Positions 51,518-63,493 are shown, numbered from the whole stretch's first letter. The stretch: 63,493 nt of DNA, filler included, from Reticulomyxa filosa (GCA_000512085.1; 13 parts of 13 records of this genome joined end to end with filler, not necessarily neighbours in it), one strand, 5' to 3'. Notes: a model not told the origin generated them from the sequence alone. A program made the numbers and translations.

Positions 51518-52472
51518 TATCACTTTTCCGAAACAAAAATTTATTGAGTGCTTTGTTTCTTTTGGGTAATTAGATGAAGCAGTCAAAGTTGTACGCATAT
51601 CTAATATCAAAATGCTATTTGCACGTATTAAAATAATAAATGCTAAAGTAGATTTATTCAAACGCAATAACACTGGAAATATCAAAAACAAAATGTTTAA
51701 TGAAAGAAAATAAAACATTTTTGTATTAATTTGTCGCAGTTTGACTTTTCAAATTAATAGGAAATGAAGCAATTGTGTCTATGAAATCAACTTTTTACCG
51801 ATAGGACAATGCAATAACTTATGTACAGAGGATATAATCAGCAAATGAAGCCAAAGTACTCCAACGAATACTGGTAAAGTTTACACTTTCAAGATATAAA
51901 CAAATTTTGCCTTTATTAAACGAAAGTGAAGTTCAATATGGCCAGTACAGAGATTGTCTGTGTGACAAAAATTGGAAAGGGGATAAAACAAAACACTTTG
52001 TTCGATTTTTTTTTGTTGAACTTTTTACGCTAAAGGCTTTTCTTAGTTCAATAACTTGGATAGAAACACAAAGTTATCTCGTTCACCTAAATTTGTTCTC
52101 TGATATATAAATTTGGCCATCCCAACTTTGAACTTTACTCATTGATATTAGAGTAATAAAGTTATTGCCACAGTTCTGCACTCTTCGAAAGTTGAAATTT
52201 AATCCGACAAAAGGATTAATATATTAATATTATTTTTGAAAAAATAGTTTGTTAATATGCGGAGCAAAATGATTTTCGATTTTAATCAAAATGTATATGT
52301 GAGTCGCGTCTGGGGCAGTACGTTTACACGTCAACTATGTCAAAAAAAAGTGATTAAATAATAATAATAATAAGTAAAAAAAAAAGCTTGCAAAAACACA
52401 AAGAGTAAGACAAACAAGTTCAGAGGCTAGTATTCCTAGTGTTTTTGAAATTTGAACAAATCGCAATTGAAA

Positions 52473-52956
52473 ATGTTGTATTGTTGTTTCTGTCGCCGAA
52501 ATCGGAGCATCGAAGACAATGATTCGGAGTCAAAAAAAATAATAATGAAGAAGGAAACATTTTCAGACGAAGCAGATGATGAGATTGCAAACGCAGGCCC
52601 TCCAAAAGATATAAAAGCAGAGACAGCGAAAAGGTTTGCAGAAAGAGAAACCAAGGAATCGGTATGGATCGATGTGCCACGATTGATATGTCGTTTTTCG
52701 CTACACGAGATATTGGAATCGAGCAGTCCATATGCCCACATAACATCTGACTATTGGAACACGTTTACACGTCCATCTTTTGAGTCTGTGTTACGTGAAT
52801 TTGAGGAAAAGGAGGTAAAATGTGCAATCACTCCACCGAGTCAAGAGAGACTACCGGCAATCATCGAGTTGACAACCATTAACGCATTATCCGAGCCAAT
52901 AGAAGCAAAGTCACAAAAGAGTTTATCCCTTCCATTTTGCCACCCATCAAAAGCTG
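52473..52956 (+). CDS. Hypothetical protein, first exon (N-terminal MLYCCFCRR Cys cluster)
   Basis: Open frame of about 160 codons ending at a G|GTAAG donor. Confidence 0.5.
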
Positions 52957-53081
52957 GTAAGTAATTTATATTACCATATAAATGTAATATATACATATTG
53001 CATATGCATATAGTGAGGCTTTTATGTGTGTGTGTGTATGTGCATATGTATACGTGCATATGTGTACATTAAAAAAATACA

Positions 53082-53121
<40 letters not shown>

Positions 53122-53221
53122 NNNNNNNNNNNNNNNNNNNNNNNNNNNNNNNNNNNNNNNNNNNNTTAATTAATTAANNNNNNNNNNNNNNNNNNNNNNN
53201 NNNNNNNNNNNNNNNNNNNNN

Positions 53222-53286
53222 GGTTCGACGCGACGGTGCTGCCGCAACTGCACGTGCTCGCCTGGGGCAACGAACGCGGGGTTTGA
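53222..53286 (+). CDS. queE: Bacterial 7-carboxy-7-deazaguanine synthase, 3' end
   Basis: FDATVLPQLHVLAWGNERGV* matches the characteristic QueE C-terminus (PQLH..xWGN.RGV). Codons are high-GC. Confidence 0.8.
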
Positions 53287-53394
53287 GGACAGTTTATGGC
53301 GGCTCCCAGAAGAAGCTGCGTGGAGAGGACGCGATAGTGCGAGTGTGGCAAATCAAGATAGGGTTGATACCAAGCGAATGCGAGGCGCCGCACA

Positions 53395-54000
53395 ATGGCC
53401 AGTAAGCGAGGAATTTTTTGCATAGAAACATCGCATTGGAACGACGGAGATGCAGAGCAACCATCCGTTGAGCGGCTCTTGGGTCTTATTGAGAGCACTC
53501 AGCGGGTGCCTTACATCCATCGGGATTTTTCAACAAAGGACGAACTTGAGTTTCTGTTAACTCAGGCTACGCAAAAGAAATACGATGCGTTTCCGATAAT
53601 ATATTTGGCGTCCCATGGCGGAGATAGGCGTCTTTGGGTTCGTAAGAAAGTGAATACGAATTTGGTTTCAAGCTTTATCGAACTAGAGGAAATCGCCAAC
53701 ATATTACGAGGTCGAGGTCGTAATAGGATTTTGTTCATCTCGGCGTGTGGCGTGATGAATTGCCATGCAAGCCATCTGAAAAAGTTCGTTAAGGACACTG
53801 GGGTGAAGGCACTTATTGGTTATCGGCGTGATGTTTCGTGGATCGAATCTGCTCAGTTGGAATTGGGTTTGCTTTCTGAACTAGCGAATCGCTCGAACGC
53901 GCATCTACAGTCGATAAGGGCAGCATTTCGATCTATTGGCGACGCGAATCGATCTCTGATTAAGAGTCTGCGGCTTCGATCGATGCCTGATCTTCTTTAG
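53395..54000 (+). CDS. Bacterial caspase/CHAT-fold (clan CD) putative Cys protease, DUF6642-like
   Basis: Intronless 201 aa with IIYLASHG (His-Gly) and ILFISAC (Cys) after beta-strands, then ALIGY..DVSW, the typical CHAT-like spacing. N-terminal IFCIE..W. Confidence 0.7.
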   Translation: MASKRGIFCIETSHWNDGDAEQPSVERLLGLIESTQRVPYIHRDFSTKDELEFLLTQATQKKYDAFPIIYLASHGGDRRLWVRKKVNTNLVSSFIELEEIANILRGRGRNRILFISACGVMNCHASHLKKFVKDTGVKALIGYRRDVSWIESAQLELGLLSELANRSNAHLQSIRAAFRSIGDANRSLIKSLRLRSMPDLL

Positions 54001-54050
54001 TGAGAAGTGAGTTCTTCTTGGCATTGGTTCTTCAGGCTATGAAGTGCCTT

Positions 54051-54734
54051 TCATGGTAGATTCGCGCCCACATCCGATACAGCACGCGCAAAAGCCCTGA
54101 GAGTCCAAAGAAGATCACGAAATAGCGTGCGATCAATAATGATGGGATCGCCTACAGCCCAGCGAGGTTGTTGAGCGTTTTCACCGGCATTTTTTAGTCG
54201 ATTGAACGCAGTTTGGTTCCAACTTGATAGCCCATGGGCAACCAAGTTTCTGACAGTAAATGCTCGCACCAGCTCAAGCTTGCCTCCATCAACATCTGCC
54301 CAAGTTCGGCCTTCGAGAGCAAGATACATTTGTCCCCATACTTCAACGCTCGTTGATCGTATGTAAGCTTCGGCTGCTTCATCGGCGGGCGCTACTGGAT
54401 TAAGGCTTGGGAAATTCCCCCTAGGGACCTGACGAACTCCGATCGCATGCTCGATCAAGTTTCTACCATGCTCCTCCACGAGGCCAGTGTAGCTTGAAAG
54501 AAGCATAGAATATAAACGGTGATGATCTTGTAATGCGGCTTGGTAATTGAGTAACGAGCAATGGAATTCAGTTACTCCAGTCGGATCTACGATTACAACG
54601 TTGGCGGGATCTGCAATATGTAGTGTAGTCCAGCGAGTGTGCTCAGCTGCTAACGCGGCTTCTGCGGCAATCCAGAATCTCGTTAGTTCTCCCCATTTGT
54701 CCCAAACCGGAAATCTTGTCCAAGGCATGTTCAT
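54051..54734 (-). CDS. Bacterial HEPN-superfamily protein (putative RNase)
   Basis: Intronless 227 aa, mostly helical, with an Rx4H motif VRNLVAHG near the C-terminus and an upstream helix carrying Glu (YTGLVEEH). Confidence 0.65.
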   Translation of the reverse strand: MNMPWTRFPVWDKWGELTRFWIAAEAALAAEHTRWTTLHIADPANVVIVDPTGVTEFHCSLLNYQAALQDHHRLYSMLLSSYTGLVEEHGRNLIEHAIGVRQVPRGNFPSLNPVAPADEAAEAYIRSTSVEVWGQMYLALEGRTWADVDGGKLELVRAFTVRNLVAHGLSSWNQTAFNRLKNAGENAQQPRWAVGDPIIIDRTLFRDLLWTLRAFARAVSDVGANLP

Positions 54735-54870
54735 GCTTTCGTTGATTGTCGATGCGTCGAAGTGTGCCCACAGGGGATCCTAGCGAGTGTGAGGTTCCAG
54801 ACAAGAATAGTATTCGCCTCGTGGTGCTCGCCTTTAGTCGCTCCCGGCGATGCCACTCAGGGTTTGATGG

Positions 54871-54905
54871 AGCTTCAGAGCAAAACTTTTGAATCTGCTG
54901 AAGCT
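54871..54905 (-). terminator. Inverted repeat just downstream of the amidohydrolase stop (possible terminator)
   Basis: AGCTTCAG...CTGAAGCT 8-bp stem. No clear U-tract. Confidence 0.3.
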
Positions 54906-54910
54906 AAAGA

Positions 54911-55068
54911 CTACCCCCGCAACACCACCCCCGCCTTCGCGTCCGTGAGCCGCCCCTGTTCCCAGGTGATGGCGCCGTTCACCACCGTGTATTCGACGCC
55001 GCGGGAGGGCATGACGATGCGCTTGGCGCCGCCGGGGAGGTCGTGGCGGCGTTCGCCGTGGTTGCTGG
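54911..55068 (-). CDS. Bacterial N-acyl-D-amino-acid deacylase (amidohydrolase), 3' end
   Basis: HDLPGGAKRIVMPSRGVEYTVVNGAITWEQGRLTDAKAGVVLRG* is the typical D-aminoacylase C-terminus. Third codon positions are almost all G/C. Confidence 0.8.
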
Positions 55069-58000
55069 NNNNNNNNNNNNNNNNNNNNNNNNNNNNNNNN
55101 NNNNNNNNNNNNTTAATTAATTAANNNNNNNNNNNNNNNNNNNNNNNNNNNNNNNNNNNNNNNNNNNNAAAAAAAAAATAGAATAATAAAGAAAAAAAAA
55201 AGGGGACATAAAAAAGAAAAAGGAAAAAGAAAGAAAATAAGAAAATAGAAAAAAAAAATAGAAAAAAAAAAAGAATAATAGTTATAAGGAAAAAAAAAAA
55301 ATAAAATGAAAAAACAAATGAAAGAAAAAAAAGAAAAAAAGAATTACAATTGTATTTATTTTTTTGTAAAAATTATTGATATCCAGTTCGTGGATAGAAG
55401 AAGTTAAGTTTTATCTTTTTTTTGTTTGTGTTTGTTTAAGAAACAAGTCTTAAAATATACTTAACATTATAGATATTGGCTCGATGATTCAAAGGCAAGC
55501 TGGAATACTTTGGCGAATAACTTCAACAATGATCCAAAATTGCAATTCAATTTGTTTATGTTATTCTTCAATTTGCTGAGTTGATTATCAAGAATCATTT
55601 TTATTATAACATTCAATTTAGCTGCTGTTAACTATCCACCACTTTCGCCAACGCATGGAATATATTAATATAGATGAATAAATCGTTTGCAGATGGCTTC
55701 TATATACATGAATGCAATCCATCTTATTGTGTTTCAAGATATTAATAATACATCTGACATTCTCGAATGATGCACTAGACACGCAAGATATTACTGAAAG
55801 TGACATCGCAAAAAAAAAAAAGCACAATTACCGGTAACAACAGTATCACCATCCAGCTCAATTGTTTCAAAAATTCATCCTAATATTGGCTATCGAACAA
55901 AGGCGGTAGTGTGAACAATAACCTGCGCTTCCAATCCAGTTCTGGGATCGCCTTCAAATGACAATTAGCTTTTCCATGATGTCATAACGAAGCAACTCAA
56001 GCCGAATGACGCTATTCAAATCTATTGATTAAGAAAAAGGCCAGCCAATTGAAGTAAGTTATGAACAAGTAGCTACCTTCCTCTTTTTTAAATTGTCACC
56101 AATTAATGTGTTATTTCTGTATAGATTCAAAACAACCAAAAGTTTGTCCAAATGAAACAGTTAGTGATTACTAATATTTTGTTATGTGCGGAGTGTTATG
56201 TAATACGTATCCATCGTCGATTTTGTCTTGGATGAGTCGGCAGCAGATGATATTTGCACTATCTATGACCCCTCAAATTGATTATATTTGATTGTTCGTA
56301 GAAGCACAATTTGAAGATGAGACAATTGATATTTACACTGCCTCCAATTTATTAATACCATTGTCAAGCAAATGTACTTATTCCACTGGAAAAAAGCGTG
56401 AATATAAGATTATTTGATAATTTGTAAAAAACAAAAAATCAGGATCGCGCTCAACGACCTTGTGATCAGCTTTACAAATTTGCCAATTGATATACGAAAA
56501 GCAATCCACAATTACATTGCCGGTGTTAAAATACAATCTTCATCACGAGTGGCTGCCAAGGATAATATAGACTGTGTGCTCTATTTGAAGGTTATGTTGT
56601 TTTTATCATATTTTAAGTTGTTGTAATATATCTTACTCAAAACAATGTGAGCATTGATGTTTTCATTGTAGAATAATTTATTTTAGATTTGAAATGAAAG
56701 AAAGAGCAAAGAGGAAGAACAAGAAGAAAAATAACAAGAAGGACATGAAGAAAAACAAGAACAAGAAAAAAAATAAGAAGAAAAAGAAAAAGAAGAAATA
56801 ACGTGAAAAACAAGAACAACAAGAAAAATAACAAATGGCGATAAATCGCGCAAGAAGTATACTTACCAAGAGAAAAAAGGAGTAATGTGAGAATAGGGTC
56901 AATATAACAAATCCCTTATTAACATATGTTCATCAACACTATAAGTGATTATTGATGAATTTACGGAAATGAGACACAAATGGCAACGAATTATTATGTC
57001 CATTCAATTCACTCCAAATCAACAATGTATATAATCAGCCAAATATTGATCGTCTCCGTTTACGTATATTTGTGATTACGTTATTTGTGACCCTCCCCTC
57101 AGATGTCCACACAACAAAGATGCATCGAAGCAGTTCCAAGATACAATTGATGTCGATTTGGTAAATAAATAATAAAATCGTAGAATACTGCTGTCAACTA
57201 AGATTGATATGAAATGATTCGAATACTTTTGAAAGAAGATCGAAGTTAAAAACCATTGTGTCTTTGTTTCTAAACAATTTTCATTAATTTGTTGTTTATT
57301 TTTTTTTGTTTTGTTTTTACAACAACTAGAATATACTAAATTTCACAAACCGTGAAGATAATGGAGCCGCAAATGAAGAAGAAGGAGAAAACAAATATAA
57401 AAATGATGAAGCAAATACTGATGTCTTGGTGATAGTAGGAAGCGTCACAAAAACTGCAAAGAAGATTTGTTTGCAAACGATGTCCAAATAATAATAATAA
57501 TATAGTGACCCTTCCATGATAAACAATATCAATAACAGCGAATAATATCAATAAAAAAGACACATGAATAGATATGGACCGGGAAACAATATTGGGATTA
57601 TCCTTTACACTCAATCAAATACATATTGGTCGATCTTTTCCAAGGCGACATTTGAATCAAGAAAATAATTGTCGTCTTTCTCACAATGCACGTGCTATCA
57701 ATGCCATATCTCTTCCTTGTGGTAATGCCGATGTTTTCAATGGTCAATCGTCTCGCCAATACACGAACATTGTCCATCATTCCGTGTCGAAGCAATGTCG
57801 ATCCCATATTATGTCCAGAGACAAAGCGACAGCTCAACACATTATACAATGATCAAACCATTGTATTAAATGTGAATAAATACAAGACCACGAATACTGA
57901 CTGCCAATTGGTTGTCATTGCTATTGGCTCCATTCGTCGCTATTTCGTCATGGACACTTGAGATAAGGTTGATATCATTGTCTAATCTTGGAGTCACAAT

Positions 58001-58406
58001 TGTATCAACGTATCTCCTCTTTCTTCTTCTTCGCTTCTTGCATTGGTTGCTGAAAGACGCTTTCGATTGTATCATCATCATTGTCGTCATCATGAGATTC
58101 AATCTGTATTGCAAAGCGTGTTGCTGCACCAGTAGAAGCAAATCAAATGCACGTATTATGGACTCGGAATGCACACAGACAGCCCGGAAATGAAAAACAG
58201 CATTGCCACAATATACAAAATTGTACAATGTTGTCCGTCCAATCCCCTCGATAATGGACTACGATGCAACAAGGACACATTGGTTCTTTCATCTTTTGTT
58301 TTTTTTNNNNNNNNNNNNNNNNNNNNNNNNNNNNNNNNNNNNNNNNNNNNTTAATTAATTAANNNNNNNNNNNNNNNNNNNNNNNNNNNNNNNNNNNNNN
58401 NNNNNN

Positions 58407-59103
58407 TAATATGTATGTCAATAGCTTCTTGTTTCAATTGCTCAATACTTTGTTCCAATAAATTGATATGCCGGAGCAACAAATCCAAATGCTTTTGCCC
58501 ATGAGATTGTATATGCTGTTGGTAATTGTGTGCATGCAATGACACATGACATCCAAACCTTTTGAAAGGACAAGATATTACAGACAGCAAACATGATGTC
58601 CTCAAATGCTTTTCCAACACATCAATTTGTCCTCGAAACTCACAAACGCGATTGCATTTGCTCTCATTTTTAATGTCTCCTTCTCTTTCCAAATATTCAG
58701 AGTTTGTGAACATTATACTCCCTTTTCTTGTCTTCTCTTCTTCCTTCTCCAACATATATTGTCTCGGACAAATTACCAACAGCTGACTGATCTGTTGTCG
58801 AGCAAACTTACTTTTCATGAAATGGCATCCCTCATGCATGTGCGTTGGACAATTGTCATTGTTGCTTTGTAAATAACGCTTCAAACACTCTTCTCCAATC
58901 ACCAATGGCTCATTTGTATCTTGATGCTGCTCACATGTCAATTCCATTGCCTTGTTGGCCACTTGGTGACATAACAAACAAATGCAATTTTTGAGCCGTT
59001 TTTCTGTGTTCGACGACACTACCCAGTCTTTGTTGAAACAATCCCCATTCGAGAAATTTTCAAGATTATATTCTTCTTCTCCTTCTATATTTAGGAAATA
59101 CAT
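58407..59103 (-). CDS. TRAF-like protein (divergent RING + TRAF/SIAH-type Zn fingers + coiled coil; 3'-truncated)
   Basis: CLLCHQVANKAMELTCEQH...GEECL...CP, ISQLLVICP, CEFRGQIDVLEKHLRTSC, CPFKRFGC and HLDLL. Confidence 0.82.
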
Positions 59104-60203
59104 TCTAATGGTGCTTTCTTTGGGTATGGGGGTTACGAAATCGCGTTAGTGACAGTTTTCCAAACTAAAAAAATTTAAACTCTAAAATTCAATGTTAAGA
59201 AAAATTGCCAAACTCAGTCGAGACCAAAAAAAATGGAGAAGTGTCACATTTGACAATTTGAACGTTTGCAACTTCGGAATGGCCAACTTTTTGAAGCAAG
59301 ATAATTTATTTAATTTTTTATGATTATGCTCTAATACAATGGAGCTGTTAATTACCTATTTTCCGCGTATCGAAGTTTCATCATACTTTTTTGAGAGAAT
59401 TGTTCAACTTCAGTCCTTTCATGAATAAATTTATTGCTCTTACCTTGGTTTCAACAAAAAAAAAAACTGCAACCACCGTCATTTCGTTAAAGATTCTAAA
59501 ATGAAGAATTATGAAAAAGATATCTTGAACGCGTTTAGATTGCAGCCTGATGAAGAGAATACGAAAATACTAAAAGGTAAGTCAACAATATCTACCAAAT
59601 GAACCGCAACAAAACGCATTTTTTTTTTTTTTTACTTCAAACAAGTAAATAACAGTTTTTTTTTATTTGCACAATTAAAGAGATATTTAGAAACGCCTTC
59701 ATTGGGACATGGTCAGAGTTAAAGAATGTAAGGAGTGAATGGATTTTAAAACAAAACGAGGCAACCAAAACGAAAAAACAAGTTGATGAAAATCGTAATG
59801 GGAACAGGTGCAACACTTTTCTTTGCTTCGGCAAATTCTAAAAAATAAAGTATAATGTTATGTTATGAAATAGATTTTTGTTATGCAATTGCTATTTTGG
59901 GAAAACGTTGAAACAACCATTGTCCACTGCAATAACAAAAACAGTAAGGAAGCAAAAATGTATTGAAAGCATCAGAACCGAATCAGATGCAAGCAATGGT
60001 CGTATCGATTTTCAGAGAAGAAAGCTCTATGGAGGAATGAACACTGATGGCAAATCAATTCCACAAACTGATGGACCACGCTTAGTTCATTTTTTTTTTT
60101 TTTNNNNNNNNNNNNNNNNNNNNNNNNNNNNNNNNNNNNNNNNNNNNTTAATTAATTAANNNNNNNNNNNNNNNNNNNNNNNNNNNNNNNNNNNNNNNNN
60201 NNN

Positions 60204-61490
60204 AGTTTTGCTTTGTTGTCTTTATTTTTTATTAATTATAGCAGCGGGGTTTGGTTAACTATAGAATCTGGCATTGGAAACACCATTTCCAAGCAACGAC
60301 GTGTTCCCAACACGTTTCCATCAACCAACAAGTTTTGCTTTGTTATTATTTTTTTTATACAATTATTATAGCGGGGTTTTGGTTATTTTATACAGCAACG
60401 GCCGAAATCCACTACGCACCCAATCAAAATGGGCTCACACAAGTGCCCAAACAAAAAAAAAAAGTTTTGCTTTGTTGTTATTGTTTATTATAATAATAAT
60501 TATATGGGGTTTTATTATATATAGAATACCGGCCTATGAACACCGTTGCAAACAACAATGTGTTCCCACACAAAAAAAAAGTTTTGTTTGTTATTATCTT
60601 TTTAATACTATAATTACCAATTATTATAGCGGGGTTGTGATTATTTTACAGCAACGGCATCCGAGCTCTCCCCTCATCAACTACATTCGAGCAACAATGA
60701 GCTCGCACACATGCCAATCCAAAAAAAAGTTTTGCTTTATTATTATTATTATTATAATGTATTATTGTCACAACAGAGGTATTATTATTTTATAGAATGT
60801 GGCACCGAGCACATGAGTGCAAGCAACGATGGGTTCCCAGAATGTGCCAGCAAAAAAAAAAGTTTGCTTTATTGTTGTTATTTGTTATTATTATGATGGT
60901 CATAACTATAGAGTGGTTTAATATGTTACAGAACGCTGGTCTCGCAATCATCATTGCAAGCACCCACGTGTTCCAAATACATGCCACCCTCCAAAAGTTT
61001 TGCTTTGTTATTATTTTTTTGTACTATACTTACCAACTATTATAGTGGGGCTGTGATTGTTTTACAGCAATAGCCTCCGAGCTCTCCCCACTCTCATTCG
61101 AGTAACGATGGGTTCGCGTACATGCTAATCCAAAAAAAAGTTTCACTTTGTTATTATTTTATTATGAGATTATTATTGTGATGTTGTTTTGATTGTTTTA
61201 TAGATCACGGCCTCCAAACTCCATCTCAAGTGCAATGGGTCCATACAAGTGCCCACACAAAAAAAATTTGATATGTTGTTATTTATTATAATGATAATTA
61301 TATTGAGGTTTTGTATTATAGAATAATGGCACCAAACTCACATTGCCAAGCAGTATAGTGTTCCCAAAAAGTTTCCATCAAAAAAAAATTTTGCTTTGTT
61401 ATGATTTTTTATTAATCTACCTACTAATCATTATAGGGGGTTTATTGTATTATATAGCGACTGTATTCGAACACGTGTTCTAATAAAAAA
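60204..61490 (+). repeat. Tandem array of about 10 units (about 120-145 bp), each a GT-AG intron plus a 56-77 nt micro-exon
   Basis: Repeated AAA|GTTTTGCTTTGTT...TA(T/C)AG boundaries. Exon-like blocks at 60265-60331, 60396-60463, 60525-60580, 60652-60728, 60796-60861, 60932-60996, 61068-61139, from 61204 and from 61322. Confidence 0.75.
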
Positions 61491-61619
61491 GCTGAGTTAT
61501 TTTTTATTATTTGAAAAAAAAAATTACACAAATAAACAAATAATATTTAATTAAACAGATATCAATGAGGACGCAAGGAGGTGGCATGTATAATAAAAAA
61601 ATTTGCGCACCATGACACT

Positions 61620-63420
61620 ACAAACAAAGGGGCACAATGGAAACACACCACAACTAACATCACACATGCAATCCACACACTACAGTCATGATACCCCCAA
61701 CGCAGTCATGCCACCCCATCCCAGCCACAACACACATATCACAACAACACCACACCATCCTAATAACGGCACACTTACCACAGCCACCTACCCCTAACAC
61801 CACATATATACTAACAACTACAAACAGCGCACATAGATACAGCACTATTCCAGCCCTGCAATGATACAATGACAGCACCACCTCCACCACTACAACAGAC
61901 GTGCAACTATTCCAACTACCACAACACAATAACTATAGTTACACAAATCACACAACAGCCGCGCCGACATAACAGCCACCACAGCTACACTATCCCCACT
62001 ATAAACAAAATAAACACACTACAACAATTACAACAACTACGTTCAAGCCAATATACAACAACAACCTACACCACACCACAAACAAACAACACACATACAC
62101 CAACAGCTCCACAAATTACTTAAACTACCCCTGCAAACCTCCCCTACACCAGCATCACTCACACGCGCCACAACATCCCACATATACACCACATACCCCA
62201 CAAATACAACAGGCATCAATACTCATACACCAGCAATGCAATCAATGCACCAACTACATCACTACTATTCCAACACGCCATCACCACAACAGCCACCCAC
62301 CACTATCCGAGTCACACATACACCAGCAATTCCACCACCACTACACCCCCATAACAAACAAACAACAATCTACCACATCCACACCACATATATACCAATA
62401 GCTCCACCACACATATTTTAGCCATTACATCACTACCACGCATATATCACATCCACCAGCATCCCTCACATATCCACCAACATATTCCAAACATATAACA
62501 GCCACTACCAATACACCAGCAACGCCACTAGTGCACCAGCCACATCACCACTATTCCAACGCACCAATACTCCAACACACAATCACCACACCAGCCACTT
62601 CAGTCATGATACCCCCACCAGCCACACACATATCACAACAACCACACCATCCCAACAACAACAGCACAATCACCACCACAACCACTAACAAAGCCACCGC
62701 ACCCACACAACAACCACACCAACAACAACGTCTATCACCACAACCACGACACACATGCCCCAGCCACATTACACTAACAGCTCCACAATCACTTACATTT
62801 CCCTCTCCCCCCTCACCAGTATCACTCAAATATACCCCAATATACAACACATACCCCAACTACCACAACGCCCCGGCCACGGCACCACCACTGCCACGCC
62901 ATACCCACCCCCACTCCCCCTCCCCCCGGCAACGGCATTACTGCCACGCCCTACACACACCAGCAACGATACCACCATCCCAACAACCCATATACCAACT
63001 GCACCACCCCTACCCCATATACACCACCACAACTTTGCACCATAGACGCACCAATACCCCAGCCCTACATCAACACCACCGTCACTATCACTACTGCACC
63101 ACCCACATCCCATCCACGTCTCACCACCTCAACCAAGGCATTCCCACTACAGACATAATATTCCCACCCCAACCATCACTCCAGCCAATACTCCAATACA
63201 CCTACTATAACCACGCCATTATTATACCAGCTGCCACCCCCCACAACAACCAAACAACAACTATCACATCTACACCATCCCCACAAATACTAATATAACA
63301 GCAACGCCATTCATGCACCAACCACATTACCACAGCCACTACCACAACGTACACTAGCCCCCCCCCCCCCCCAGCATATGATATTCGACCATGTCGACCA
63401 CAATCACGCCTTCCACCAAC
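61620..63420 (+). repeat. C/A-rich, G-poor degenerate repeat region with internal duplications
   Basis: Extreme strand skew. Repeated blocks include CAGTCATGATACCCCCA (61683, 62601) and CACATATCACAACAAC. Confidence 0.75.
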
Positions 63421-63493
63421 AAAACAAACGGGTTCAAAACCCATCTCCAAAAAACAAGGTATATATTTATTTATTTAATGACCCATCTAAAAT

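Noticed and set aside
53222-53286. queE as part of a 7-deazaguanine DNA-modification (dpd) defence island linked to the cassette
   Set aside because: Only about 20 codons are visible, its codon usage matches the high-GC core genome rather than the insert, and no dpdA or tgt-like gene is in view.
55169-57300. Lys/Arg-rich or Phe/Leu-rich short ORFs and scattered gene-like text
   Set aside because: Derived from A-rich low-complexity sequence. No coherent reading frame or motif was found.
57560-58300. Possible ABCA transporter remnant on the minus strand (AVSIRGL; DGQCSCIG...H*KHR)
   Set aside because: Only short scattered resemblances with stops and frameshifts, and no Walker or signature motifs.
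9650-60203. Recurring TTAATTAATTAA motif and ORFs ending in X...LIN
   Set aside because: Artificial contig linker. ORFs running into it and gene neighbourhoods across it are meaningless.
60204-61490. CRISPR array (repeat plus variable spacer appearance)
   Set aside because: Repeats are degenerate, about 60-70 nt, bounded by GT...AG, and the 'spacers' are homologous to each other. There are no cas genes and the context is eukaryotic.

Overview
This window is not one locus. It is 13 unrelated contigs joined by 12 identical 100-bp artificial spacers (N44-TTAATTAATTAA-N44). Twelve contigs come from an AT-rich, intron-rich eukaryote using the standard code with short GT-AG introns. The gene families (NACHT-pentapeptide-WD40, TRAF-type RING/Zn-finger, 'ICSGS.DNTIRFWDIR' WD40s) suggest a Reticulomyxa-like foraminiferan, which is inference only. 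Recognisable eukaryotic genes: purple acid phosphatase, two kinases with myristoylation-type N-termini, a CTL/SLC44 transporter, a GNAT, a DNAJC21/Jjj1-like protein, an extended eL37, a probably inactive peptidase E homologue, VPS13 (5' end), a CCDC57-like protein, a RhoGAP-like protein, thiolase, a Cav-type channel and a TRAF-like protein. There are also decayed LINE retrotransposons, a duplicated segment carrying a tRNA-like relic, and a tandem micro-exon array. Many genes carry 1-nt indels in homopolymer runs, most likely sequencing errors. Two items stand out. (1) An NLR-like STAND protein (28487-33965) whose N-terminal effector looks like a RelA/SpoT-family nucleotidyltransferase with both catalytic acidic residues intact, preceded by a CUE-like domain and a Zn-ribbon. 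(2) A 1.85-kb bacterial contig (53222-55068) where a lower-GC two-gene cassette (caspase/CHAT-fold protease plus HEPN Rx4H protein) sits between high-GC queE and D-aminoacylase genes, a candidate anti-phage island. All domain calls are by eye from motifs; no searches were run.
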